DNA of 32,000 nt from Ktedonobacterales bacterium (GCA_030167145.1 CP126532.1:600001-632000); one strand, 5' to 3'; counted from the first letter of the stretch, positions 16,141 through 24,339 are shown. Numbers and translations are program-made. The notes: a model not told the origin generated them from the sequence alone.

Positions 16141-17780
16141 CGCGCGCTCCTCCCGGCGGGGATAATGCTCAGCAGATCATATGCGGCGTAATACCAGCGC
16201 GAGTCGCGCGTACCCAGTGACGCGGCGCCGCCATCGCCCTCGCACAGCAACCCGACACGCAGCCCCTGCTCCACCAGACGCTCCCCCAGACGGCGCGTCT
16301 CGTCCGCGTTCCCGGCGTAGCCTTCGTCCCACACCTCGTAGCCCAGCGCCAGCAGCCGATCATCCAGCGCCAGCGCCAGCGGACGCCCATCCAGCAGCCA
16401 GCCGTTCGCGCGCCGCGCCAGCAGTTCGGCCTGCGACCCAACATCGGTGGCGATCAGATAGAGCAGCGCCAGATGCGGATGCGCCGCCAGCAGCGCATCG
16501 GGCTGCCCCTGCTCTGCAGTCAGCGACGCCGCCAGCAGCGTCGCCACTCCCGGACTTGCCGCGCGAGCCTTCACCCGCAGCGCCTCATCCAGAAAGCGGT
16601 ACGCGCGGCCCAGCAGCGGCAGATCGCTCGCCAGCGGCAGCGGCGGCCCGATCACCAGCGACGACGCCGTCAGCGGCATCTCATCGGCAATCGCCGTGGT
16701 GGCGAACTCGCCAGCCGCCTCGGTGGCGGCGGCGGCCAGCCGCTCGGCCAGATCTTCGATCTCGATGGCGCCCCGCGCGTTGCCATCCACACCCATCGCC
16801 ACCCGCTCATGCGCCAGCGCCAGCGCCGCTTCGGCGCTCTCCGCGCGCGGCGACCGCCGCGCCGCCACCGCCATGCGCTCGAACGGCGCCAGGTCGCGCA
16901 CCGTCAGCGCCACCGCTGGAACCAGCGCCGCCACCGTCACGCCGCCACGCCGTTCCAGCCGGATGTCCATGCCGCCGCGCCGCAACTGCTCCACCGCCAG
17001 CGACAGCGCCGACGGCCCGCCCCGCGTCACCACCACACCCTGGCCCCGCTGCCGCGCCGCCATCAGCAGCAGCAGCGCATGCAGTGTCAGCGGCTCATCC
17101 AGCCACTCCGCATCCAGCCGCACTGGAAGCTGCGCGGCTTCCGCCAGATCCGTGGCGATTTCCGCGGCACGGGTCAGGTCGGTCCACCGTGCGCGGTGAC
17201 GCTGGCCAAACCAGTCGCGCAGCGCATCAGTGCTGAGCGGCTCCAGTGGCAGAAACTTCGTTTGCAGCACACGATTGAGCAAGTCGCGATCACCAAAGCC
17301 TCCATTCGGCGCGAGTATCTCACTCAGTGATACGGCACGCGCGCGAAAACCTGGAAAGATTTCGTAAATGCTGGCCTCGATCTGGTTCGTCACCGGCAAT
17401 CGCTTCACCCGCGCCGTAAGGAGCGTTTCCAGCAAACTGTGACACAAATAGCGCTGATACGCGGGCAGCGCCAGCAGCGCGCGCCACAGCCCTTCTGTCG
17501 CGACATCTCCCTCGGCCAGCAGCGCGCGTCCCGCCGCCGTTGGCCGCAGCCATCCCGTGGGCGATTCATCCAACAAGCCCGCCAGCCTTGCCGTGCCCAG
17601 ATAGTGTGGGCCGACGTCGCTGTGGTCCACATAGTTCATCGCCTGGTTCATCTCGGCGAGGGTGCTGTAGGGATTGCGCAACGCCTGCGCCAGGCAGCGC
17701 AGCGCCTTGCCAGGATCGCTACCCTTGCTCACCGTTCGCATATCCTGCTCCACCTCACCAGCGTACATCCGGTCGCCCAT
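16137..17780 (-). CDS. Hypothetical protein (547 aa), paralog of the C-terminal module of the upstream giant protein
   Basis: Several colinear blocks are shared with residues of about 1140-1612 of the 1612-aa protein. They are YLGTARLAGLLDE/YLRLGTVGGLLAT, LALPAYQRYL/LSLPAYRTHL, LLLLMAARQRGQG/LLLLLAAQSQGQG, HLALLYLIATDVGSQAELLARRANGW/HLALLTLIAYDSGALAEQVRRADDGW, ALGYEVWDEGY/ALGYETWDEAY and WYYAAYDLL/VYYAAYDTL. Confidence 0.7.
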   Translation of the reverse strand: MGDRMYAGEVEQDMRTVSKGSDPGKALRCLAQALRNPYSTLAEMNQAMNYVDHSDVGPHYLGTARLAGLLDESPTGWLRPTAAGRALLAEGDVATEGLWRALLALPAYQRYLCHSLLETLLTARVKRLPVTNQIEASIYEIFPGFRARAVSLSEILAPNGGFGDRDLLNRVLQTKFLPLEPLSTDALRDWFGQRHRARWTDLTRAAEIATDLAEAAQLPVRLDAEWLDEPLTLHALLLLMAARQRGQGVVVTRGGPSALSLAVEQLRRGGMDIRLERRGGVTVAALVPAVALTVRDLAPFERMAVAARRSPRAESAEAALALAHERVAMGVDGNARGAIEIEDLAERLAAAATEAAGEFATTAIADEMPLTASSLVIGPPLPLASDLPLLGRAYRFLDEALRVKARAASPGVATLLAASLTAEQGQPDALLAAHPHLALLYLIATDVGSQAELLARRANGWLLDGRPLALALDDRLLALGYEVWDEGYAGNADETRRLGERLVEQGLRVGLLCEGDGGAASLGTRDSRWYYAAYDLLSIIPAGRSAR

Positions 17781-17820
17781 CGCGGCGCGACGTTTCTGCT
17801 CGCCGTTCGATAGTACACCA

Positions 17821-17897
17821 TTTTCGCTTTTCGCGCGAGCGTCGTTTTTGCGTCATCACCGCTATGTCGTCTTCGCTCAATTGATAGAATTGATAGA
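17821..17897. repeat. Short tandem repeats in the A/T-richer spacer between the first and second genes of the cluster
   Basis: ATTGATAGA occurs twice in tandem at 17880-17897 (TCTATCAAT x2 on the coding strand, 21 nt after the TGA at 17919-17921). TTTTCGC occurs twice in tandem at 17821-17834. Confidence 0.6.
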
Positions 17898-17918
17898 CCA
17901 GCCCGCCAATCACTGCCA

Positions 17919-20900
17919 TCAACCGCTCGCGCCGCTCGGAGGCAGATCATCGAACACCGCACGCAGCCGTAGCAATGTATCGTATGCCGCATAATACACC
18001 TGGTTAGCGAGCGTGCCAGCCGCTTCCAGCGTCTCATCCACCGCGCGCGCCAGGCCCAGCCGCAGCGCCAGCAGGACCAATTCATCACCAAGTGTGGCCA
18101 CCAGCGCCGGATCGTCGCGGTACGCCTCGTCCCACGTCTCATAGCCCAGCGCGCGCAGCGCTGCATCTAGCGCGCTGATCAGCGGCAGCCCTCCCAGCCG
18201 CCAGCCATCGTCCGCACGGCGCACCTGCTCGGCCAGTGCGCCGGAGTCATATGCGATCAGCGTCAGCAGCGCCAGATGCGCGTTCGCGGCCAGTGTACGC
18301 GGCGCATCCCACGGCTGCGCCAGTAATTCCGCGCTCAGGCACACCGCCAGCGGCGCGACTGCCTCACCGCGCGCTAGCCGGTCAGCATGGGCGAGAAAGG
18401 CGAACGGCACGGCGCTGGCGCTCTGCTCAACCCAGCCAACATCAGCGATCAGCGCCGGAAATGCGCACGGCAGCATCTGCCCATCGGCGAAGCGCGCCGC
18501 GTCGCTGGTCTGTGGTGGCGGTGGCACGAGCAGTGCCGTCAGCGCCGTCGCGCTCGTACCCAGCAGTTCGGCGTAGAGGTCCGAGGCCGTAATCGCGCGC
18601 TGCGGCCACGCGAACTGCTGCGCCTGCAACCACGCCACGCCCAGTGCGGTGGCAAAATCGCCATCCAGCGCCCCCAGGCTCTCCGTCATCGCCGAACAAT
18701 CGTGTACGGCGATGTCTACTCGCTCATCCAGCGCGACACACCCAACGCTGTCACTGGCGATGGCGACACCGAGCAGACGCAACTGCGTGATGGTGCGCTC
18801 GATGTCGGGCAAGCCTTGCGCCGTCGCTTCAGCACACGCGAAACCCTGGCCTTGGCTCTGCGCCGCCAGCAGCAGCAACAGCGCCGCCAGCGCCGGTCCG
18901 CTCAAATCCGCCGTCGCAATCAGCGCCGAAGAACCATCCAGCGCTACTCGGCGTTGCACCCGCTGACCTAGACCAAACCGCGCGTCCCACGCCCTGGCCA
19001 GCGCGGGATCCAGCAGCGCGGCAGCATCGCCAGTGGCGCTGCCCTGCTCAGCCCGCAGATGTGTGCGATAGGCGGGCAGGCTCAGCGCCAGCGTCCGCGC
19101 CGCGTCCTGTGGATCGCGCGCGGCAGCGGCGAGCCAGGCGCGCCCGCGCGGCGTCGGGCGCATGCGCGCAGCGGGCGCATCGCAAGTGAGCGGCGCGGTA
19201 GCGAGCAGTCCGCCAACTGTACCCAGCCGCAGATACTCGTTGCCTTGTGGTCGCCCAGGCACATACCCCAGCGCTTGTGTCGCCTCGGCCACCTCAGCCC
19301 AGGGGCGCGCCAGCGTATGCAAAATCAGGCCGCGCAGCTTTTCAGGCTGCCGAGTGCCCCGCAATACCAGATGCCCGGCTGATACTCCCGCTCCCACCAC
19401 CTCAGCCGCCCGCGACACCGGCGCATGCGCCAGCCGGTAGCACAGCCCTCCAGGTGCACCCTCATCGGGAATCATCTCGACGAAGAGCATATCCCCAGGC
19501 TGCGCGCCAACCCTGGTGAACCACGCCCCCAACCCTGAAATCTGCGACGCCCCGCGCTTCAGTGCCATTGGCGTCTCCTTGCCATCAACGGAGACCCCCA
19601 CTGCCGCGAAGTGTCCCAGACGAGGAAACAGCTCGCGCGTCGGTTTGTTCGAGAACCCTATGCCGGTGGTCAACATCGGCTCGGTGAGCCGCATTTGCAC
19701 CACACGATGCCCATGTTCATTGGTGAACGCCCCGACTACACGTGCTGCCCGCCCATGTGGCTCAACACCAAACTTTTCGGTATAAGCGACCGCTGAATCG
19801 AAGTTGCTGTAGTCGCGGTCCACAAGGCCAAAGTAGCCGTTACCAAACGGCTTGATTCGCGAGTCGGTAGCCAGCGCGGCAGACAAACTGTTCTCTTTCC
19901 AGCGATAGCGTTCGCTTGCGCGTGCGATCACCTCATCGCGATGCAGCGGGCGTTCTGCCGCGGCCAATACATGCTCCACCACACTGGCGACATTGCAGAG
20001 CGCGGGATTGTAGTCATCCTCCGCCAGCGCGAACATCCCATGCCCAACCAGCACGAATGTCTCTGGAAAGCGGCCCATAAATGCGTGGACGGTATGGTCG
20101 TTGCGCTCGCTATCTTCGGGAAAGAGTGCGCGATAGCGTGCGGCAATCTCGCTGAAGTGCGCTGGGTGGCCCAGGTCACGCAACGCAGCGATCAGGCGCG
20201 GCAACAGCTTACTACCACTGCTGGAAACATAAGTCGCTCCCTGGCGCTGAATTCGTGTGGAGAGGGTGAGCACGGCAGTGACGAACGCGCGACCCGCCCG
20301 CGCCACCTCTTCGCCCCCGCTCTCCAGTGACTCGGCGATCAAGCGTTCTGGCTCGATGCCGCCAGGGCGCGCTTCCAGCAGCCGCAGCGCCGTAGACTCC
20401 ACCTGTTCGACCAACTCTGGCGTCTGCGACGCGGCGACATAGACATCGGCGTCCGTAGTGGCCAGCGCAGGCGACCACGAGGCCAGCAGCGCCACCGTCG
20501 TCACGGGATATACTCCGCCAAACGGCAGCCATACTGCGATGCGCTCAGCCATGCGCGTGGCGGTTGCTATACCGCCCTCAGCACGCACAGCCCACAGCGC
20601 CAGCGCGCACAGCCCACGGACATACGACTCGATGGTGGGGGCGGCTAATCGTTCGTTGGCCCGCACTTCAAGCTGCCGTGCGCGCTCACGGGTCACGTAG
20701 AACTCTGCGCCCAACTCGTTCAATGTCTTCGGGTGGCCATCGAAGACGCCGCAGCGCGCGAACAGCACGCGAAACTCGCGTGGCAACGGATCCGCTGGCA
20801 ACGCATCCGCTGGCTCCGCTATCCTCTTGCCGCGTGGCATCCCGCCCACCAGCCCATACAGCAGCGCCTCCACACTTACCGCATCCAGCACCGACAGCCG

Positions 20901-22757
20901 TGCCTCATCCTCCGGCCCGCCCGCCAGCGCGCGCTCCGCAAGTTCTTGCGCGAACCGCCAGCACAGTTCACCAACCAACCAGTCCTCTTCTTCGTGACTC
21001 AGCGCAACGTTCGAGTTCATGATGTGCGAGCCGCCCGTGTCGCAAAGTTCGCCGAGCGTAAGATGTGCCAACGGCGCGAGCGCGGAAACCGAATCGCCTG
21101 CGTCCACCACTTCGGCAATCCGCAGCTCCCGCCACGCAACGCCATAGCGATCCAGCAGCCCCAGCAACGGCGACCTCAAGAGCATGAGCAGGGGATGCGT
21201 CTCCTTCGCCATCCGCCCCTGCGTCGCGAGATTGGCAGTAGGCCGCTGCTCGACATCTCCCACGGTATCCCCTGCATAGTCCCCCTGTTCTGCTGGCGGT
21301 GTGAGCAAATCGTCAGGTAGTCCGTCTATCCACGGTAGCAGAAACGTCAGCAGCCGTTCACATAGCTCGCGAAAGCTGCCAGGGCCGAAGTTACGCAACC
21401 CGCAAAGGTCATCTGGGTTGAGCCGCGCCACATCGCCCACGGTCCGCATGCCCGCGCCATACAGCACGTTGTACGTGCGCATCGCTTGTGACGATGACGA
21501 GGGCAGCAGCGCCGCCTCCAATGGCACAGTATCCAGCGCACAGTTCAGCTCCCTCAGCGCCGCGACGAAACGCGGCGAGAGCAGCGGACGGTGATAAACC
21601 CAGGGCGCGGCCAGCACATCATCCAGCGCGTAGAAAAGCGCGCTGCCAATCGCCTGCGGGTGGCCATCGGCGCCCAACCCAACGTGGGCCACGCCGGACA
21701 GGACAGGTGACTGGTACCCCACGAGCAGCGGCGCAAGCGTTTCCGCCAGCGCGGGCCGTAGCATCGCCCGCGCCATCGTGACAACCTCGGCCCAGAAAGC
21801 GCCCGGTGTAGGGCGCGCATCGCTGGTGTTGTGCTCAGCCGTCGCGGCCAGCGCCAGCAATTCCAGCGGCGTCGCCGCCTCCAGGCTTCCCATCGCGCGC
21901 GAGTCGAGCAGGCGTATTGTGCGCCGCCAATCAGACGCAAGCTCATCCAGCAGACCGATACAGGCGTCTGGCAGTAGTGAAATCGAGACCCCATCGCCAC
22001 CTGGCGCAAGCGTAGTAGCCTGGCCTATTAGCGGCATCGCCGCTCCCTTTGCTGTGTGGTCCGGTTGCCTCATCATGCTGAACGCACGTCGCCTCCGTCG
22101 TTGGTCATCCTCTGCCATCGGCCTCCCTCGCGCGACTGGGCTAGCTGGCGATGTCTTCTGCAGCACGGCTTGCGCATCACGCCGCGCCAGCGCCTCTGCT
22201 GTGAACTGTTCTCTTTCGACTTCGCCCTCAAACCGCAACAATCTCACGCGCATCTCCTGCGAAAAGTAGGTTTCGATCAATGTTCGCCGCAGCGTTTGTC
22301 GCGCATCCTCCTGCCCCAGCAACGCGAACAGCGCATCATCCAGCCTTGCGCCGGTTATCAGATGATGCAGTTGACCGAGGGCCGTGACGGTCTGCGTGGT
22401 GGCAAGTTCCCGCCGCATACCTGGCGCGGGCAGCAGGTGCCAGAAACCATCATCGGCGAGGTGGAAAAAGGGGATCACCAGATTAGACGACCGCGCGCTC
22501 AATCGCGTCACGGCAGTCCAGTACGCATTGAATCGCGCCTGCAACTCGGAGTTCACCGCGATGAAGTTGCGCACGAGCAGCCCCTCAGCCACCAGCGAAG
22601 CGACACACAGTAGCAGCAGCGGCTTATGCGGCGCGTGTTGGCGCTGGCGCGTCCAGTGCTCTGGCGTGGGATACGGCAGCACATGTGAGAACGCCCACGT
22701 GTAGCGCTCGATCATACCGCCTCTTGCTGTATACACCATATCGCTGCGAGCCATCAT
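17919..22757 (-). CDS. Giant (about 1600 aa) multi-DNA-binding-domain protein with no recognisable catalytic domain
   Basis: Domain-like segments, by residue and approximate coordinates:
- Residues ~45-110 (about 22248-22700): HKPLLLLCVASL...NLVIPFFHLADDGFWHLL, resembling the ScoMcrA-type SBD / HNH_2-associated wHTH.
- Residues ~420-475 (21333-21500): MRTYNVLYGAGMRTVGDVARLNPDDLCGLRNFGPGSFRELCERL, resembling the RNAP alpha-CTD HhH.
- Residues ~655-708 (20634-20795): FRVLFARCGVFDGHPKTLNELGAEFYVTRERARQLEVRANERL, resembling sigma-70 region 4.
- Residues ~850-915 and ~924-985 (19803-20210): two HARE-HTH-like modules.
- Residues ~1005-1112 (19422-19745): GLGAWFTRVGAQPGDMLFVEM, possibly a B3/AbrB-like barrel (tentative).
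- The C-terminal ~470 aa are paralogous to the next gene.
The start is either ATG 22757 or ATG 22715. Confidence 0.75.
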   Translation of the reverse strand: MMARSDMVYTARGGMIERYTWAFSHVLPYPTPEHWTRQRQHAPHKPLLLLCVASLVAEGLLVRNFIAVNSELQARFNAYWTAVTRLSARSSNLVIPFFHLADDGFWHLLPAPGMRRELATTQTVTALGQLHHLITGARLDDALFALLGQEDARQTLRRTLIETYFSQEMRVRLLRFEGEVEREQFTAEALARRDAQAVLQKTSPASPVARGRPMAEDDQRRRRRAFSMMRQPDHTAKGAAMPLIGQATTLAPGGDGVSISLLPDACIGLLDELASDWRRTIRLLDSRAMGSLEAATPLELLALAATAEHNTSDARPTPGAFWAEVVTMARAMLRPALAETLAPLLVGYQSPVLSGVAHVGLGADGHPQAIGSALFYALDDVLAAPWVYHRPLLSPRFVAALRELNCALDTVPLEAALLPSSSSQAMRTYNVLYGAGMRTVGDVARLNPDDLCGLRNFGPGSFRELCERLLTFLLPWIDGLPDDLLTPPAEQGDYAGDTVGDVEQRPTANLATQGRMAKETHPLLMLLRSPLLGLLDRYGVAWRELRIAEVVDAGDSVSALAPLAHLTLGELCDTGGSHIMNSNVALSHEEEDWLVGELCWRFAQELAERALAGGPEDEARLSVLDAVSVEALLYGLVGGMPRGKRIAEPADALPADPLPREFRVLFARCGVFDGHPKTLNELGAEFYVTRERARQLEVRANERLAAPTIESYVRGLCALALWAVRAEGGIATATRMAERIAVWLPFGGVYPVTTVALLASWSPALATTDADVYVAASQTPELVEQVESTALRLLEARPGGIEPERLIAESLESGGEEVARAGRAFVTAVLTLSTRIQRQGATYVSSSGSKLLPRLIAALRDLGHPAHFSEIAARYRALFPEDSERNDHTVHAFMGRFPETFVLVGHGMFALAEDDYNPALCNVASVVEHVLAAAERPLHRDEVIARASERYRWKENSLSAALATDSRIKPFGNGYFGLVDRDYSNFDSAVAYTEKFGVEPHGRAARVVGAFTNEHGHRVVQMRLTEPMLTTGIGFSNKPTRELFPRLGHFAAVGVSVDGKETPMALKRGASQISGLGAWFTRVGAQPGDMLFVEMIPDEGAPGGLCYRLAHAPVSRAAEVVGAGVSAGHLVLRGTRQPEKLRGLILHTLARPWAEVAEATQALGYVPGRPQGNEYLRLGTVGGLLATAPLTCDAPAARMRPTPRGRAWLAAAARDPQDAARTLALSLPAYRTHLRAEQGSATGDAAALLDPALARAWDARFGLGQRVQRRVALDGSSALIATADLSGPALAALLLLLAAQSQGQGFACAEATAQGLPDIERTITQLRLLGVAIASDSVGCVALDERVDIAVHDCSAMTESLGALDGDFATALGVAWLQAQQFAWPQRAITASDLYAELLGTSATALTALLVPPPPQTSDAARFADGQMLPCAFPALIADVGWVEQSASAVPFAFLAHADRLARGEAVAPLAVCLSAELLAQPWDAPRTLAANAHLALLTLIAYDSGALAEQVRRADDGWRLGGLPLISALDAALRALGYETWDEAYRDDPALVATLGDELVLLALRLGLARAVDETLEAAGTLANQVYYAAYDTLLRLRAVFDDLPPSGASG

Positions 22758-23049
22758 GAATTACGACGGCGCCCCGGCTCACCCTGATCAGAGAGCGTAT
22801 GGTGGAATCTAGTCTACCAAGACGGTCGCACCCCGTCAACTATGCACGTCCCCGCCAACCCACATAATACGGGCGTTGCCGTTACCCAATTCGCCACCTA
22901 GCGGGCGACTCGATATACAGAGTATCGTGTGCCAAGACGCGGGACGCCAGCAGCGCATAGGAAACACAGGGGTCGCGCATGGCAACGGCTGAGTAGCGCG
23001 CCATACAATGCTGTGAGACGAAGGAATGTGTCCGCAGGAGGCAACCAGC

Positions 23050-24339
23050 ATGGGAACGAGCATGAGAACGAGCATGGGAACTGGGATGACGATGACCGAC
23101 GATGCCCACAGCGCCCGCGCCAGCGACACGACGACGGAGACGACGGAGACGACGGAGACGACGGAGACGACGGAGACGACGGAGACGACGGAGACGACGG
23201 AGACGACGGTCGCCACGCGGCCAGCGCCACCATCCTTCACGCCGCGCGGCCCGCAGCCGACCCCCAAACGTCCGCATGTCTTCGCGCGCCTGCTCTCGCT
23301 CCCGCTCTTCTATAAAGTGCTGCTCTCCAACTCGGCCATCGTGCTGCTCGGCGCGCTGGCGGGCACCACCATCACCCTGCACGTCGCCGACGCCAACCCA
23401 CGTGGCACGCTCGATGGCGCGCTCATCGTCATCTTTGCGGCATTCGGGCTGGCGCTGACCTTCTGCCTCAACGCGCTGATACTGCGCGCGGCGCTCAGTC
23501 CGCTGGCGCGGCTGCAAGAGGTGGCGCGGCGCGTGCAACTGGGCGACTTCGCCATCCGCGCGAAAACCTCGCCCCTGGCGGACGCCGAAATCGCACAGCT
23601 TGCCGCCACGCTGAACCAGATTCTCGACGAAGTGCGCCGCTACGAAGACCAGATGCGCGCCCTCTCCGGCAGCGTCATCCGCGCGCAGGAAGACGAGCGA
23701 GCACGCATCGCCCGCGAGCTACACGACGACACCGGCCAGGTGCTCACGCTGCTGCTGATCCGCTTGAAGCTGCTCGAAGCCGAACCGGGCGCGGCAGAGC
23801 TACAGCCGCGCATCGAAGAGCTACGCGGGCTGGTGGCGGGAGCGATTGACCAGGTACGGCGGCTGGCGCTGAATCTGCGTCCGCCCTCGCTCGATCAGCT
23901 TGGCCTCGCGCCTTCCCTGCGCTCCCTGGCCACCACCTACACCGCCAGCACCGGCATCAACTTCAAGCTCACCCTCCCGCGCGAGCCGGTGCGCCTCTCG
24001 CTGGAGCGTACCATCGCCGTCTACCGTATCGCCCAGGAGAGCCTCACCAATATCGCCAAGCACGCCACCGCCCGCAATGTGCGCATTGACCTCGTCATCG
24101 AAGGTGACACCTTGCGTTTGGAGATTAGCGACGACGGGCGCGGCTTCGACCCCGCCGCCGTCCGTATCCAAACCGACCGCACCCAGACCGACCACCCACA
24201 CGACGGTGGCCCCGGTATCGGCCTCTTCGGCATGGAGGAACGCGCACGGCTCGCCGCCGGCACACTGCGCATCCAGTCGGCCCCTGGTCGCGGCACACTG
24301 CTCGTCCTCACCGTCCCGCAGGACCAGCGCGCTGGATAG
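23050..24339 (+). CDS. Membrane sensor histidine kinase, HisKA_3 (NarX/DegS/LiaS-type) with HAMP and HATPase_c domains
   Basis: ATG at 23050 lies 8 nt after AGGAGG. It has two TM segments and a HAMP-like region (LSPLARLQEVARRVQLGDFAIR). The H-box is EDERARIARELHDDTGQVL, and the N/G boxes are ESLTNIAKHA and GPGIGLFGMEERA. No response regulator gene is adjacent. Confidence 0.85.
   Translation: MGTSMRTSMGTGMTMTDDAHSARASDTTTETTETTETTETTETTETTETTETTVATRPAPPSFTPRGPQPTPKRPHVFARLLSLPLFYKVLLSNSAIVLLGALAGTTITLHVADANPRGTLDGALIVIFAAFGLALTFCLNALILRAALSPLARLQEVARRVQLGDFAIRAKTSPLADAEIAQLAATLNQILDEVRRYEDQMRALSGSVIRAQEDERARIARELHDDTGQVLTLLLIRLKLLEAEPGAAELQPRIEELRGLVAGAIDQVRRLALNLRPPSLDQLGLAPSLRSLATTYTASTGINFKLTLPREPVRLSLERTIAVYRIAQESLTNIAKHATARNVRIDLVIEGDTLRLEISDDGRGFDPAAVRIQTDRTQTDHPHDGGPGIGLFGMEERARLAAGTLRIQSAPGRGTLLVLTVPQDQRAG
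23128..23209 (+). repeat. In-frame 9-bp tandem repeat (ACGACGGAG, eight full units plus partial units) encoding (Thr-Thr-Glu)8
   Basis: Eight perfect ACGACGGAG units span 23131-23202. They are flanked by an extra ACG at 23128-23130 and a partial unit (ACGACGG) at 23203-23209. Translation gives TTETTETTETTETTETTETTETTE in the kinase N-terminus. Confidence 0.95.

Noticed and set aside
16181-17236. Long plus-strand ORFs inside the cluster (e.g. 16181-17236 at 351 aa, 16473-17330, 9461-10546, 5317-6699), rich in Pro, Arg and Ala
   Set aside because: They lie antisense to, or out of frame with, much longer minus-strand ORFs that have recognisable motifs or coherent composition. Their low-complexity Arg/Pro/Ala content is the usual artefact of open alternative frames in high-GC DNA.
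6199-22757. Classification of the cluster as BREX, DISARM, Dnd/Pbe/Ssp or a type I/III restriction-modification system
   Set aside because: No DNA methyltransferase, PglZ phosphatase, Lon-like protease, PAPS-reductase/DndC-like gene, or SNF2/DEAD helicase motif could be found in any of the eight products.
23128-23209. A possible CRISPR-like or phase-variation repeat
   Set aside because: The unit is only 9 bp, has no spacers and lies in frame within a CDS. Slippage changes the protein length by three residues per unit rather than switching the gene on or off.
22836-23538. Minus-strand ORFs 22836-23267 and 22882-23538, with VVS or RRL repeats
   Set aside because: They are antisense translations of the 9-bp tandem repeat and the kinase 5' region. 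The plus-strand kinase frame has an RBS and full HisKA_3/HATPase motifs.
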